Shown here: positions 47,817-58,328 of the stretch, piece by piece | Layout of the letters: every line of letters begins with the position of its first letter | Position numbering within the stretch: position 1 is the first letter of the stretch | NCBI GenBank assembly: GCA_964630525.1 | Contig: CAZVUY010000005.1 | Location: 1,379-65,378 of the forward strand | DNA from: an uncultured Candidatus Saccharibacteria bacterium | GTDB lineage: Bacteria; Patescibacteriota; Minisyncoccia; Phycocordibacterales; WO2-35-19 | Length of the DNA stretch: 64,000 bases | Direction: 5' to 3' | Made by a program: the position numbers and the translations under genes | The notes under the pieces: model-generated | Database searches by the model: none | Seen by the model: the letters and a program-made list of their open reading frames with translations, nothing else | What the model was told of the DNA's origin: nothing

Positions 47817-49499
47817 ATGATTGACTATTTGGAGATCAAACACGACCTGGCGGAGCTACTAGATGGGGAAGTTTTGGACGACAATGAGACTCTCAAAAGA
47901 TATAGTCGCGACGCTTCGCTTTTCGAAGTGTGGCCCAAGCTGGTCATCTGGCCAAAACACAGCGATGATATCAAAAAGGTGGTCCGTTATGTGAGCCAAA
48001 AGAGATCAGAAAACAAGGAGCAGTATGCGGAGCTTTCGATTACGGTGAGAGCGGCTGGTAGCTGCATGTCGGGCGGCTCGCTCAATGACTCGATCATCCT
48101 CGACGTCTCCAAATATTTAAACAAATTTACGATTGACTCGATCAATCATACAGCCGAGATAGAGCCCGGGGTATTTTATCGCGATTTTGAGGTGGAAACT
48201 CTCAAACACAATCTTATTTTACCCTGCTACACTGCTTCCAAAAATCTTTGTGCCCTAGGCGGCATGATCGGCAACAATGCCGCCGGTGAAAAAACACTTC
48301 AATACGGTAAAATGGAAAATTTCGTGACTGAAATAAAAATGATCCTCAAAGACGGCAACGAGTACACCTTCCGAGCGATCCAGCGAGTCGACCTGATTCG
48401 CAAATCTCATGAGCACCACTTCGAAGGTGAGGTGTACGAAAGAATGATGCGACTTTTGGATGAAAACAGGGAAGAGATAAACAAGGCCAAGCCAAAAGTT
48501 TCCAAAAATTCGGCTGGTTATTATCTTTGGAATATTGAAAAAAATGGTTTATTCGACCTCAGCAAGATAATCGTCGGCTCTCAAGGCACTTTGGGTATCG
48601 TGACCAGCGCCAAACTGCGTCTAGAGGCAGTGAAGCCCAAATCAAAACTGCTGGTTATTTTTATGAAAAAAACTGATCAATTGGGAGACTTGGTGAATGC
48701 TATTTTGGCCCACAAACCAGAAAGTATAGAATCCTACGATGACGCTACTTTGAAATTGGCGATCCGTTTTCTACCAGAAATGCTAAAGATTATGAAGGCG
48801 GGGTTTTTGAAACTTGTTTTGAGCTTTATTCCTGAAGCCTGGATGGCGCTCGTAGGCGGTATGCCGCATTTGGTACTCTTGGTGGAATTTTCTGGTAAAG
48901 ATGAGGTGAAAATAGACCAAGAGATCATTGACTTGATGCAAGACATCAAGCATTTTGGTTTCCAGATGAGGGCTACCAGAAAACCAGCCGAAGCAGAAAA
49001 ATACTGGACAATCCGTCGCGAAAGTTTCAATTTGTTAAGAAAACACGTGAAAGGCAAAAGGACTGCTCCCTTCATCGACGATCTGTGTGTTGAACCCAAA
49101 TATCTACCAGAATTCCTGCCAAAATTGCGCAAAATGCTTGATGAAGCTAAGCTCACCTACACTATCGCTGGCCATGCCGGCAATGGCAATTTCCACATTA
49201 TTCCACTTATGGATATGAAGGATCATCACAATCGAGCCATCATCCCCACTCTTTCTGAAAAAGTTTATAACCTAGTCAAAGAATACGGCGGCTCGATCAC
49301 CGCTGAGCACAACGATGGGATAGTGCGCACTCCTTATTTATCAAAAATGTATGATGACAATATCCTCAAACTTTTTAAACAAACCAAAGAAATTTTTGAT
49401 CCGCAAAATATTTTCAATCCGGGCAAAAAGGTACCAGTTGCCGAGTCGGGTGGGCCTGGCACCATAGAATATATGGTCGGCCACTTGGCGAAGAATTGA
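47817..49499 (+). CDS. FAD-binding oxidoreductase (FAD-linked oxidase, GlcD/D-lactate dehydrogenase-like)
   Basis: FAD_binding_4-like N-terminal half (RAAGSCMSGGS) and an FAD-oxidase C-terminal half. Confidence 0.75.
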   Translation: MIDYLEIKHDLAELLDGEVLDDNETLKRYSRDASLFEVWPKLVIWPKHSDDIKKVVRYVSQKRSENKEQYAELSITVRAAGSCMSGGSLNDSIILDVSKYLNKFTIDSINHTAEIEPGVFYRDFEVETLKHNLILPCYTASKNLCALGGMIGNNAAGEKTLQYGKMENFVTEIKMILKDGNEYTFRAIQRVDLIRKSHEHHFEGEVYERMMRLLDENREEINKAKPKVSKNSAGYYLWNIEKNGLFDLSKIIVGSQGTLGIVTSAKLRLEAVKPKSKLLVIFMKKTDQLGDLVNAILAHKPESIESYDDATLKLAIRFLPEMLKIMKAGFLKLVLSFIPEAWMALVGGMPHLVLLVEFSGKDEVKIDQEIIDLMQDIKHFGFQMRATRKPAEAEKYWTIRRESFNLLRKHVKGKRTAPFIDDLCVEPKYLPEFLPKLRKMLDEAKLTYTIAGHAGNGNFHIIPLMDMKDHHNRAIIPTLSEKVYNLVKEYGGSITAEHNDGIVRTPYLSKMYDDNILKLFKQTKEIFDPQNIFNPGKKVPVAESGGPGTIEYMVGHLAKN

Positions 49500-49552
49500 G
49501 GTTTTGGAGATAAAGTTGCCTAAATTTTGATTTCTGTTAATATGTTTGGGAC

Positions 49553-50197
49553 ATGACAATCGAAATAAAAGCGGAAAAAAGAGAAAAAGTAGGGAAAGTA
49601 GATAGCCTGAGGGCGGCCGGTTTTTTGCCGGGAGTCTTTTATGGTCACAAAAAAACTTCAACTCCAATCCAAGTAAAGAAAGTTGATTTCCTGAAAGCTT
49701 GGCGCGAAGCCGGAGAATCAACCGTGATCAGCCTCAAAACCGCAGAAGGATCAGTAGAAGCATTGATCCATGATGTTGATATCGACCCAGTGACCAACGA
49801 ACCGAGACATGCCGATTTTTACGTGTTTGAAAAGGGTCATAAAGTAGAAATATCTGTACCAATCGAATTCGAAGGAGTAGCACCGGCCGTCAAAGACTTG
49901 GGTGGTATCTTGGTAAAAGTTTTGCGTGAACTAAAAATCGAGGCCGAGCCAGCCAACCTACCTCATGAAATCAAAGTTGATATCAGTGGTCTCGTTGACT
50001 TCCAGAGTCAAATCTTGGCAAAAGATGTAGTCTTGCCCAAAGGTGTAGAGCTCATAGAAAATCCAGAAGAGGTAGTAGCCGCCGTTACCGAAGCCAAGGA
50101 AGAAGCGGTAGAGAGCGCACCGGTAGACTTAAGCCAGATCGAGGTAGAAAAGAAGGGTAAGAAAGAAGAGGAAGGTGCCGCTGAAGAGAGCGCTTAA
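49553..50197 (+). CDS. rplY: 50S ribosomal protein L25/general stress protein Ctc
   Basis: MTIEIKAEKREKVGK...LPGVFYG. Confidence 0.85.
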   Translation: MTIEIKAEKREKVGKVDSLRAAGFLPGVFYGHKKTSTPIQVKKVDFLKAWREAGESTVISLKTAEGSVEALIHDVDIDPVTNEPRHADFYVFEKGHKVEISVPIEFEGVAPAVKDLGGILVKVLRELKIEAEPANLPHEIKVDISGLVDFQSQILAKDVVLPKGVELIENPEEVVAAVTEAKEEAVESAPVDLSQIEVEKKGKKEEEGAAEESA

Positions 50198-50233
50198 TTG
50201 ACCTAATTTTTAATTACTTTAAAATAGAACTGT

Positions 50234-51622
50234 ATGAAACGCAGTTTTATTTTTGCTTTGGTGTTTTTTGTAAGCTTCAGTTTCCAATTTTCAATTCCCA
50301 ATCCTGCAGAAGCCCTCTCTGAAGCAGAGATCCAAGCTCAAGAGACCAAGTGGCGAGCCGAGCTCGAAGCGACAGAAAAAGAGATTGCCGAATGGGAAGG
50401 TATCTTGAAGAGCACCAAACAGGGCACCGCTTCGCTAGAGCGCGATGCGGCTGTTCTGCAAGCCAAGATCAACGAGGCCAAAGCCTTTATCAGAAAACGT
50501 CAGATCCAAATCGAACAACTCACTCATGATATTGGCCTGAAAACCAAGACGATCGCCGAACTCGAAGCCAAAATCGGTCGTGGCAAAGAGTCACTCGCGG
50601 CGATCATTCGCTCCACCAACGAAATGGATTCTTACTCCTTGGCTGAAGTGGTCCTTTCAAACAAAAACCTATCGGAATTTTTTGAAAATATAGATTCTTA
50701 CGACTCGATCAAAAAATCTCTGGAGCAACAGTTTGCCGAAATCAGAGATTTGCAATCAAAAACAGATAGCGAGAGAAAGGCTCTTGACGAAAAGCGTATC
50801 CAAGAAGCAGACACCAAGGCGAAAGTTGAGGCTGATAAACGTAAGGTAGAGCTGGATGAGAAAGAAAAACAGCGCCTGATCAAAATCAACAAAACCCAAG
50901 AGAAAACCTATTCTCAGGTCATTGCCGAAAAAGAAAAGAAAGCTGCCCAGATCAGAGCAGCCCTTTTCGCCTTGCGAGATACTGAAGGAATCGCTTTCGG
51001 TGACGCCTTGAAATACGCAAATTTAGCTTCAAACAAAACAGGTGTCCGACCAGCTTTGATCCTTGCCATTCTTACCCAAGAGTCTGACTTGGGTAAAAAC
51101 CAAGGCTCCTGTCTGGTAAACAACATTGATACTGGCGATGGGGCGGGTAAAAACACCGGAACCTTTTTTGAACAAGTAATGAAAGCCCCGAGAGACACTG
51201 TACCGTTCAAAGACATCACCGAGAGACTAGGCAAAGATTGGAAGATGACCCCCGTCTCTTGTCCACCAGGCACTAAATACACATTGGGTAGAGGTTTCGG
51301 TGGAGGAATGGGACCTTCCCAATTTATTCCTTCCACTTGGGAACTCTTCAAGAACAGGCTCGGCAGCAACCTTGGCATCGAAGCTAACAGTGTCAACCCC
51401 TGGAACCCAGAACACGCGATCCTCGCTACCGCTGTCTATATGGCTGATTTGGGCGCTGCTGGTGGTGGTTATAGTGCTGAGCGTAATGCTGCTTGCCGAT
51501 ATTACTCTGGGGCCAAATGTACTCCCGGTCGCAAACCGGCCAACGTCTTCTATGGTGACCAAGTGATGGCTAAAGCTGAAAATATCCAACTCACCATGAT
51601 CGATCCGCTGGAAGGGTTTTGA
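50234..51622 (+). CDS. secreted coiled-coil protein with C-terminal lytic-transglycosylase-like domain
   Basis: Signal peptide and about 200 aa of coiled coil. The C-terminal domain has ILAILTQESDLG (an SLT-like catalytic Glu context). Confidence 0.5.
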   Translation: MKRSFIFALVFFVSFSFQFSIPNPAEALSEAEIQAQETKWRAELEATEKEIAEWEGILKSTKQGTASLERDAAVLQAKINEAKAFIRKRQIQIEQLTHDIGLKTKTIAELEAKIGRGKESLAAIIRSTNEMDSYSLAEVVLSNKNLSEFFENIDSYDSIKKSLEQQFAEIRDLQSKTDSERKALDEKRIQEADTKAKVEADKRKVELDEKEKQRLIKINKTQEKTYSQVIAEKEKKAAQIRAALFALRDTEGIAFGDALKYANLASNKTGVRPALILAILTQESDLGKNQGSCLVNNIDTGDGAGKNTGTFFEQVMKAPRDTVPFKDITERLGKDWKMTPVSCPPGTKYTLGRGFGGGMGPSQFIPSTWELFKNRLGSNLGIEANSVNPWNPEHAILATAVYMADLGAAGGGYSAERNAACRYYSGAKCTPGRKPANVFYGDQVMAKAENIQLTMIDPLEGF

Positions 51623-51954
51623 ACACTTGACATAATTTTGGCGGGGGTATATTATCGTATTCAGGACACTAGTTTTGAAGCTGGAGCACATCGTGCTCCG
51701 TGCTCATAGGAGGAAAAGACTCGGAACCCCGACCGTTTGGGAAGGGCTAGTCGAGCTAGAAAGACAAAAACCCGGGAAGCAGAACCCGGTAAAAAATACT
51801 GAGAGATGGGCCACCGACCGATAATCGCGACTGCATGTCGCTATGGTGCACAAAACACCGGGGTCAAGGGTGGCCTTTTCCCTTGTCCAAAAATTAAATA
51901 AATTGACTAAAAGGGGAGGATTTGATACATTTAGGCCATATTTAAATAAATAGA

Positions 51955-52179
51955 ATGAAAACTGATATTCACCCAGAATACTATACAGACGCCAAAGTAA
52001 CCTGCTCTTGCGGTAATAAATTTACTATTGGAGCTACACAAAAGGAGATTTCTGTTGAAATTTGTAGCAGCTGCCACCCATTCTTTACTGGCAACGAAAA
52101 GGTTATCGATGCCGCCGGACGCGTAGAGAGATTTAAGGCCAGAAAAGCAGCCGCCACCAAATCTAAAGCAAAGAAATAA
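51955..52179 (+). CDS. rpmE: 50S ribosomal protein L31
   Basis: MKTDIHPEY...CSCGNKF...[10 protein letters not shown]. Confidence 0.9.
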   Translation: MKTDIHPEYYTDAKVTCSCGNKFTIGATQKEISVEICSSCHPFFTGNEKVIDAAGRVERFKARKAAATKSKAKK

Positions 52180-52248
52180 CTTACCCGACACCAATACACG
52201 AATTGGATCGAATAACACTAATTAAAAATTTAGATTCGCGACATTCGT

Positions 52249-53244
52249 GTGAATTTGTGGATTAGTGTCGCATTTATGGATCTAGAAAAATTCAAAAAAA
52301 ATCCAAAGACCCAATATTTGGCTGAAAGTTATGAAAGACTTCTGAAAGAGGAGGCTGATCTTTTGACATTACTAGCAGAAGACCCAAATGCCTCTTTAGA
52401 TTCAATGAAAGAGTTGGCTGAAGCCGACCTCAAAAATATCGATATTCAAAAAAAAGCTTTGACTGAACAGATGGATACTATTTTGAAAGAAGACGAGCAG
52501 AAAAGATTGGCTGAGGAAGAATTTCCAAATGAGATCGTACTAGAAGTCCGAGCGGGGGTGGGTGGGGAAGAGGCGGCCCTCTTTGCCGAAGAATTGGCTG
52601 ATATGTATCGCAAATACGCCGAAATGAGGGGTTGGTCGGTACGGGTGCTAGACGAATCAGAATCGCCTCTAGGCGGCTACAAAGAGGCGAGTTTCGAGAT
52701 CAGGGGTAAAGATGTCTATCGGGATCTCCGATTCGAAACTGGTGTTCACCGGATTCAGCGAGTACCGAAAACCGAGAAATCGGGGAGAGTACACACCTCG
52801 ACCGCTTCAGTCGCCATTTTGCCTATCCGCAAAAAATCCAGCCTCGTTATTTCCCCAGCTGATCTGGAAGTCACTTTCTCTCGTGCTGGCGGAAAGGGTG
52901 GTCAAAACGTCAACAAAGTAGAGACTGCTGTGCGACTGACCCACAAACCGACCGGTATTGTGATCAGTTGTCGAGCCGAAAGAAGTCAGCAGGCCAACCG
53001 AGAAAAAGCGATGGAGATATTGAAAGCCAAACTCGAAGCTCTCAAAGCCGAAGCCGAGGCTCAAAAGTACGCCTCCGAAAGGAAAGAACAGATCGGCAAC
53101 GTCGATCGTTCAGAAAAAATCCGCACCTACAACATCCTCCAAGATAGGATCACCGACCATCGCCTCAACAAGAACTGGCACGGAATCGAAACCATCCTCA
53201 AAGGAGGCCTTGACCCGATCGTTGACTCATTTCGAGCAATCTGA
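52249..53244 (+). CDS. prfA: peptide chain release factor 1
   Basis: PKT (the PxT tripeptide) and GGQ in [14 protein letters not shown]. The true start may be MDLEKF at 52276. Confidence 0.9.
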   Translation: MNLWISVAFMDLEKFKKNPKTQYLAESYERLLKEEADLLTLLAEDPNASLDSMKELAEADLKNIDIQKKALTEQMDTILKEDEQKRLAEEEFPNEIVLEVRAGVGGEEAALFAEELADMYRKYAEMRGWSVRVLDESESPLGGYKEASFEIRGKDVYRDLRFETGVHRIQRVPKTEKSGRVHTSTASVAILPIRKKSSLVISPADLEVTFSRAGGKGGQNVNKVETAVRLTHKPTGIVISCRAERSQQANREKAMEILKAKLEALKAEAEAQKYASERKEQIGNVDRSEKIRTYNILQDRITDHRLNKNWHGIETILKGGLDPIVDSFRAI

Positions 53245-53260
53245 TAACATTTAGACCCGT

Positions 53261-53959
53261 ATGGCAGAAATAACCAAGAAAGAAGCTAAACTAGACGATC
53301 TCTTCAAAGCAGGAGCCCATTTAGGTTTTGGCAAATCAAGAAGACACCCGAGCGTTGTCCCTTTTATCTTTGGTTCTAAAAACAGAGTTGATATTTTTGA
53401 CTTGGAAAAAACCCATGATTCGCTTGAAAAGGCGCTTGCCTTTGTGGCCAACCTAGCCAAAGAAGGTGGTCGTTTGCTCATGATTGGCGGCAAACCAGAA
53501 GCTCAAAATATCATTCGAGAATGCGCCGATAAAATCGGAGTCGCCTATGTCGCCAGTCGTTGGATAGGGGGCACTTTGACCAACTTCCCTGAAATCAGCA
53601 AGCGAGTAGAAAATATGCTGAGCCTCCTTTCCCAAAAAGAAAAGGGTGAGCTCGCCAAATACACCAAAAAAGAGAGGCTTTTGATCGATCGCAAAATCGA
53701 GAAGTTACAAAAAATGTTCTGGGGCATCAAAGATATGAGCGCTCTACCAAAAGCCATATTCATAGTTGACCCAAGATACGAACAAACCGCCCTCAAGGAA
53801 GCCAAAAGCCTCAATATCCCAGTAGTGGCTCTTTGTGGCTCAGACAATAACATTGCCGAAATAAATTACCCGATCTCAGCCAATGATTCGAATATGGCGA
53901 GTATCAGATTTTTCACTGAAGCGGTAGCCGAAGCTTACCGAAGCAATCGCCCAGCGTAG
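53261..53959 (+). CDS. rpsB: 30S ribosomal protein S2
   Basis: AGAHLGFGKSRRHPSVVPFIFG. Confidence 0.9.
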   Translation: MAEITKKEAKLDDLFKAGAHLGFGKSRRHPSVVPFIFGSKNRVDIFDLEKTHDSLEKALAFVANLAKEGGRLLMIGGKPEAQNIIRECADKIGVAYVASRWIGGTLTNFPEISKRVENMLSLLSQKEKGELAKYTKKERLLIDRKIEKLQKMFWGIKDMSALPKAIFIVDPRYEQTALKEAKSLNIPVVALCGSDNNIAEINYPISANDSNMASIRFFTEAVAEAYRSNRPA

Positions 53960-54036
53960 TTTGGGCTTTTTGGTTGGTTTTCGTAAATGGTTGGTTATTT
54001 TAAATAGAAGTAATAGTTAGTCATTAATATATCCTC

Positions 54037-54618
54037 ATGATCACTACTGAACAAATCAAACAATTGAGAGAAGAGACCAATGTCTCCGTGATGCAGTGCA
54101 AAAAAGCACTAGAAGAGGCTGGCGGTGACGTAGAAAAGGCCAAGATTATTCTCCATAAGATAAGTAAGCAGTCTGCCGACAAAAAAGCAGATCGGACTTT
54201 GGGTGCCGGGGCTGTAGTCTCTTATATCCACAATAGCGGCACCGTCGGTGTCATGCTTGAACTTCTCTCTGAAACTGATTTCGTAGCCAAAAATGAGGAT
54301 TTTAGGATGTTGGCCAGAGATATTGCCATGCACGCTGCTGCAATGGCCCCTGAATACACCAAAATGGATGACGTGAAGCCTGAAGATAGAGAAAGGGCTA
54401 AAGAGCTATTTGAACAAGACGCTCTCGACAAACCAACCGAGATTCGTGCTAAAATAATAGAGGGTAAGCTGGCCGCTTACTTTGGGGAAAAAGTCTTGCT
54501 TGAACAGCCCTTTATCAAAGACCAAAGTGTCACTATTGGAGGCCTTTTGGAGCAAGCTATCCAGAAATTTGGAGAGAGGATAGAAATCGGCCGTCTTTCC
54601 AGATTCTCTATAAACTAA
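54037..54618 (+). CDS. tsf: elongation factor Ts (short form)
   Basis: ITTEQIKQLREETNVSVMQCKKALEEAGGDVEKA. Confidence 0.85.
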   Translation: MITTEQIKQLREETNVSVMQCKKALEEAGGDVEKAKIILHKISKQSADKKADRTLGAGAVVSYIHNSGTVGVMLELLSETDFVAKNEDFRMLARDIAMHAAAMAPEYTKMDDVKPEDRERAKELFEQDALDKPTEIRAKIIEGKLAAYFGEKVLLEQPFIKDQSVTIGGLLEQAIQKFGERIEIGRLSRFSIN

Positions 54619-54627
54619 CAAATAGAA

Positions 54628-55029
54628 ATGACAACCATTATCATTTTTGTCTCTTCTCTTTTGGTTTCGACGGTGCTGGTCCTGGTCAAAGCGATAGAGC
54701 TCAAGTTTGGCAAGAAAAACTTCTTGCTCGAACTAGTTTGTAAGCTTGACCACAAAGCAGTAAACCTCATCAATACCGTCAAATTTAGAAACTTGCAACT
54801 CATCCAGACTATTCGCTACATCATTCTGATCCAAAGCAAAGAATGGTTCCGCGCCATCTGGCATAGGCTCCAGGAGAGGATGGCTCTCGAATATCAGCTT
54901 CGCCAGGAAATAATGATGGGCAAAAGAAACATCAGTAGTCGTGGCTCAGTCTCTTTCTACCTCAAAAAGATTGGGGAAGAGAAGGGCACCAAAGGAGTGA
55001 TCGAAGACCATCTCGATATCGCTCAGTAG
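54628..55029 (+). CDS. hypothetical membrane protein
   Basis: ORF only; N-terminal TM segment. Confidence 0.35.
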   Translation: MTTIIIFVSSLLVSTVLVLVKAIELKFGKKNFLLELVCKLDHKAVNLINTVKFRNLQLIQTIRYIILIQSKEWFRAIWHRLQERMALEYQLRQEIMMGKRNISSRGSVSFYLKKIGEEKGTKGVIEDHLDIAQ

Positions 55030-55036
55030 AATATAA

Positions 55037-55112
55037 GCCAGAATAGCTCAGTTGGTAGAGCACCCGTTTTGTAAACGGGCGGTCGTCGGTTCGAGCCCGA
55101 CTTCTGGCTCCA
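55037..55112 (+). tRNA. tRNA-Thr(TGT) with encoded CCA
   Basis: Acceptor GCCAGAA/TTCTGGC, anticodon loop TTTGTAA, T-arm GTCGGTTCGAGCCCGAC, 3' TCCA. Confidence 0.85.
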
Positions 55113-55123
55113 ATTTCACAATT

Positions 55124-55843
55124 TTACTCCGTCGTAGTGGCCTGTTTGGATTTAGCAGATTCTTCCAAAGCTTTTTGTTTATCGATTTCCTTGAGGGCGG
55201 GGATTATTTCCTTGATCTCTTCGATTGATTTGAAGCCGTAGTACACCTTGCCGTTAATGAGGAGTGCCGGCAGTTTGTTTTCAATATTATAAATACTGAT
55301 CAGAGTCTCCAGAGCTGACAGATCTAGGTCGTAGTCAAACGAGTAAACCCGAAGTTCCGGGTAGTCTTGTCGCAACTTGGTGAGGACGAAGCCTTCGCGC
55401 TCACAGTCTTCACAAGCCCCCTCTTCATTGGAATAGAAGTAGATGACCGAGGGGCCGCTACTAGTCTGAGTATTGCCGCCACAACGCTCTTTTATCTTCT
55501 GCATCAAGAGAAAATCTTTGATCTGGAGGAGAGAATAATAACGTTTAAGATTTATGACCTCTTCATCATCGGAGCCACGATTTTGCTCGGTATAAGAGAG
55601 TTTATCGCCCAAAGTGGCCAACTCTTTGGAGAGAAAATTGTTGCCAATGTCTCTACAGGAAAGCTCGGAGAGCAAAGAAAACTGAGTCTCTGAAGCCAGG
55701 ATATCGACCGCTATTCGACTTTCGATGTTCTTGATCTCATTGATCTTTTTCTGGCTGAAATAGTTGCTCAAAAAGATAGCTGTCGCAAAGATGGCAGCTG
55801 TGATCAAGAAGGTGTAGGCGTATTTTTTCCAACTTATCTCCAT
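55124..55843 (-). CDS. membrane-anchored thioredoxin-fold protein with CxxC (hypothetical)
   Basis: N-terminal TM segment; FYSNEEGACEDCEREG...PALLINGKVYYG is a thioredoxin-like pattern. Confidence 0.45.
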   Translation of the reverse strand: MEISWKKYAYTFLITAAIFATAIFLSNYFSQKKINEIKNIESRIAVDILASETQFSLLSELSCRDIGNNFLSKELATLGDKLSYTEQNRGSDDEEVINLKRYYSLLQIKDFLLMQKIKERCGGNTQTSSGPSVIYFYSNEEGACEDCEREGFVLTKLRQDYPELRVYSFDYDLDLSALETLISIYNIENKLPALLINGKVYYGFKSIEEIKEIIPALKEIDKQKALEESAKSKQATTTE

Positions 55844-57072
55844 TTGGTAGTTTTAGCAAAAACAACATTATAAATAGCTCTGGTCATCCACAAAGGAGCG
55901 ATCATTGTATAGAGCATGAGGAAAAGAATGCTATCAATACCAAATTTCGTTTTCTCTTCAGCCAAACCTCTTGAGGTAACAATGATGAAGAGGGTACCAG
56001 TGATGGCAACGAGGGACACAAAAACGATCATGTTTGTGTTGAAGTAGAAAAGGTCAAAGTTGAAACCGTTGAAAACAATTCCCACCTCAGCGATTTCCCT
56101 GATTTTGGTTAACCCCAGATCCAGCCACTTCAGAATGGTGGAACCAAAGAAAAACATGGTTGAAAAAACAGAAAAACCAGCCGCCGGTAAAACCGTGACT
56201 CCGAGATGGCCGTATTGAGGTTTGAAAAACATGTCTCGATAATCGATAGCATTCTTCAAAAAACCGTAAACCCAGCGCAACCTTTGTTTATAAAGGCGGT
56301 AGAGGGAAGTCGGAGCTACTGTATAAATAAAAGCATCATGGGCATTGCTGATTCGCATTCTATTTTTCTGCATTCTCATGGCTATCTCCATATCTTCGGT
56401 GTTATGCGCCTTACGATAACCGCCTATCTCTCGGAAAACTTGCCGACGAAAAATAGAGAAGGGGCCAGGGGTGATGTAGATCGCATCGAGATGAGCGAAA
56501 ACTCTTCTTAAGAAAATACCGAACATATATTCTGATTTTTGAACCATTCCCAAGATACCTTTTGGGTTGAAAATTTTGACTGACGGGGTGACCGCCATCA
56601 CATCTTTCTCTTTCAAAAATCTAGCGACAATCCTCTTGAGTGCCTGTGGGTGTACGAAGGAGTCGGCGTCCAAGCAGCCGACCAAATCAGTATTGATAAA
56701 TTCGAGCGCATAATTGAGAGCAGTATGTTTGCCCCCATTTTCTTTGCGAAGTAGCTTCACTTGTTTATTGCGCACAAATCTCTGCACCACTTTCCAGGTA
56801 TTGTCAGTACTACCATCGTCGACAATAAAGATAGAGAGCTTGTCTTTAGGATAGTCGAGCTTGAGTAAAGAAAAAATGGTCTTGAGAACGGTTTTTTCTT
56901 CGTTCCAGACCGGCACAATGACTGAAACTGTAGGTAGTTTGCCAGTCAAAACAGAGAGGGTCTGGGCCTCTTTTTTATCCTTCTCTTTGATTTCAAAATA
57001 AGTGATCAGGAAAAAGACCTCGACATAGAGGGCAATAAAAAGCATGACATGGGTAAGCACTTCAGCAATCAT
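55834..57072 (-). CDS. family 2 glycosyltransferase, membrane-integrated processive type
   Basis: VIVPVWNEE, DAD and QRLRW (QxxRW) motifs with multiple TM helices. Confidence 0.8.
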   Translation of the reverse strand: MIAEVLTHVMLFIALYVEVFFLITYFEIKEKDKKEAQTLSVLTGKLPTVSVIVPVWNEEKTVLKTIFSLLKLDYPKDKLSIFIVDDGSTDNTWKVVQRFVRNKQVKLLRKENGGKHTALNYALEFINTDLVGCLDADSFVHPQALKRIVARFLKEKDVMAVTPSVKIFNPKGILGMVQKSEYMFGIFLRRVFAHLDAIYITPGPFSIFRRQVFREIGGYRKAHNTEDMEIAMRMQKNRMRISNAHDAFIYTVAPTSLYRLYKQRLRWVYGFLKNAIDYRDMFFKPQYGHLGVTVLPAAGFSVFSTMFFFGSTILKWLDLGLTKIREIAEVGIVFNGFNFDLFYFNTNMIVFVSLVAITGTLFIIVTSRGLAEEKTKFGIDSILFLMLYTMIAPLWMTRAIYNVVFAKTTKWR

Positions 57073-57135
57073 GGGTGTTCAGTCTTCTAACTATAGCACA
57101 ACTTATAGCAATATAATAATCAACCGGTTCGGTAT

Positions 57136-58272
57136 TTAACGGATCACTGCTCCGTAGGCTTCTTTGGTCCTTTCTTCCAATTTTTTATGGAGAGCGTCTA
57201 CTTCGGCGCCAGTCAGAGTCTTATCGAGCGAACGGTAGATGATCCGGTAAGCGTAAGATTTTTTGTCAGAACCAAACTTTGTATCATTTTCATATTCGTC
57301 CAGAAGTTTTACCTCCTCGATCATCTCCTCTCCGACCGTTTCTCGGATTAGATCAAAATAATCGTTCGGTACAAAAGATTTTGGCACCACAAAGGAAATA
57401 TCGCGCACCACGGGCGGGTATTTGCTCACTTCCTGGAATTTTTGACCAAGGACTAGCTGTTTTTTGACCCTCTCATCGTCCGACCAGAGCAAGCGGATAT
57501 CAGGCAAAGACATCGAAGCGATGGCGAGTCTTTCTAGACCAAAACCGAAAGCCCAGCCATGATAGCCTTCCAAACCAAAGTTTGAGAGTACACTTTTGCG
57601 AGCCATCCCTGAGCCGAGCATCTCGATCCACTGCTCATTGATAAAAGCTTCCATTTCAAAACTTGGATCAGTGTAAGGAAAATTGTGATCATAAAATCTA
57701 AATTCTGTATTTTCACCAAAAATACTTTTGGCCACTTCCGAGAGAGTATTTTTCAAATCTTCTGGAGTGATGGTCTGCTTGTCGTCAGGAGCAATATAGA
57801 GGCCGCCAAATTGGTGGAAAACATTCATGTGGCGACTATCTATCTCGTCTTTGCGATACACTTTACCAAAGCAAACCGCACCTAAAGTCTCCTTGTTTGC
57901 GATCCGCTTCTTTATTTCGGGATGATTCAAATAGTAATACCAAAAAACAGTGTCGTGAGTGCGAAGCACGTTTTCTTCATCGATATAATAAGTGTCTGAC
58001 TTGCTACGAGCTGGGTGGCCTTCGGGCATGTTGAAAAGATCGAAGAGAATTTTGGCTGGGATGATTTCAGGAATCTCGATCACATCAAAACCAGCCAGAC
58101 TTTTGACCTTCAGCGCTCGGTCAACGATCTCCTTGAGCGGACTGCCTTCGGTCCTCGAAAGGTCAGGCATCGATAAATAGCGCTTGATCCGAGCCGCCTC
58201 GGTATCTTGCCTTTTATCCAACTCATTTATCAATCTTTTCTCCTCCTCTCGAGAAATCGTGTAGTAACTCAT
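57136..58272 (-). CDS. pheS: phenylalanine--tRNA ligase alpha subunit
   Basis: GHPARSKSDTYY and FGFGLERLAIAS class II motifs. pheT is not adjacent. Confidence 0.8.
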   Translation of the reverse strand: MSYYTISREEEKRLINELDKRQDTEAARIKRYLSMPDLSRTEGSPLKEIVDRALKVKSLAGFDVIEIPEIIPAKILFDLFNMPEGHPARSKSDTYYIDEENVLRTHDTVFWYYYLNHPEIKKRIANKETLGAVCFGKVYRKDEIDSRHMNVFHQFGGLYIAPDDKQTITPEDLKNTLSEVAKSIFGENTEFRFYDHNFPYTDPSFEMEAFINEQWIEMLGSGMARKSVLSNFGLEGYHGWAFGFGLERLAIASMSLPDIRLLWSDDERVKKQLVLGQKFQEVSKYPPVVRDISFVVPKSFVPNDYFDLIRETVGEEMIEEVKLLDEYENDTKFGSDKKSYAYRIIYRSLDKTLTGAEVDALHKKLEERTKEAYGAVIR

Positions 58273-58328
58273 TGTGTCTAAAATTAAGCTTTATTTTATC
58301 TTCAGGATTTGCTATAATATAGCAAAAT

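Noticed and set aside
51640-51950. RNase P RNA or tmRNA assignment for the structured region upstream of rpmE
   Set aside because: The P4-like fragments are in the wrong order. There is no tRNA-like 3' end or GGGG acceptor of the kind a tmRNA would have. It is kept only as an unassigned structured region.
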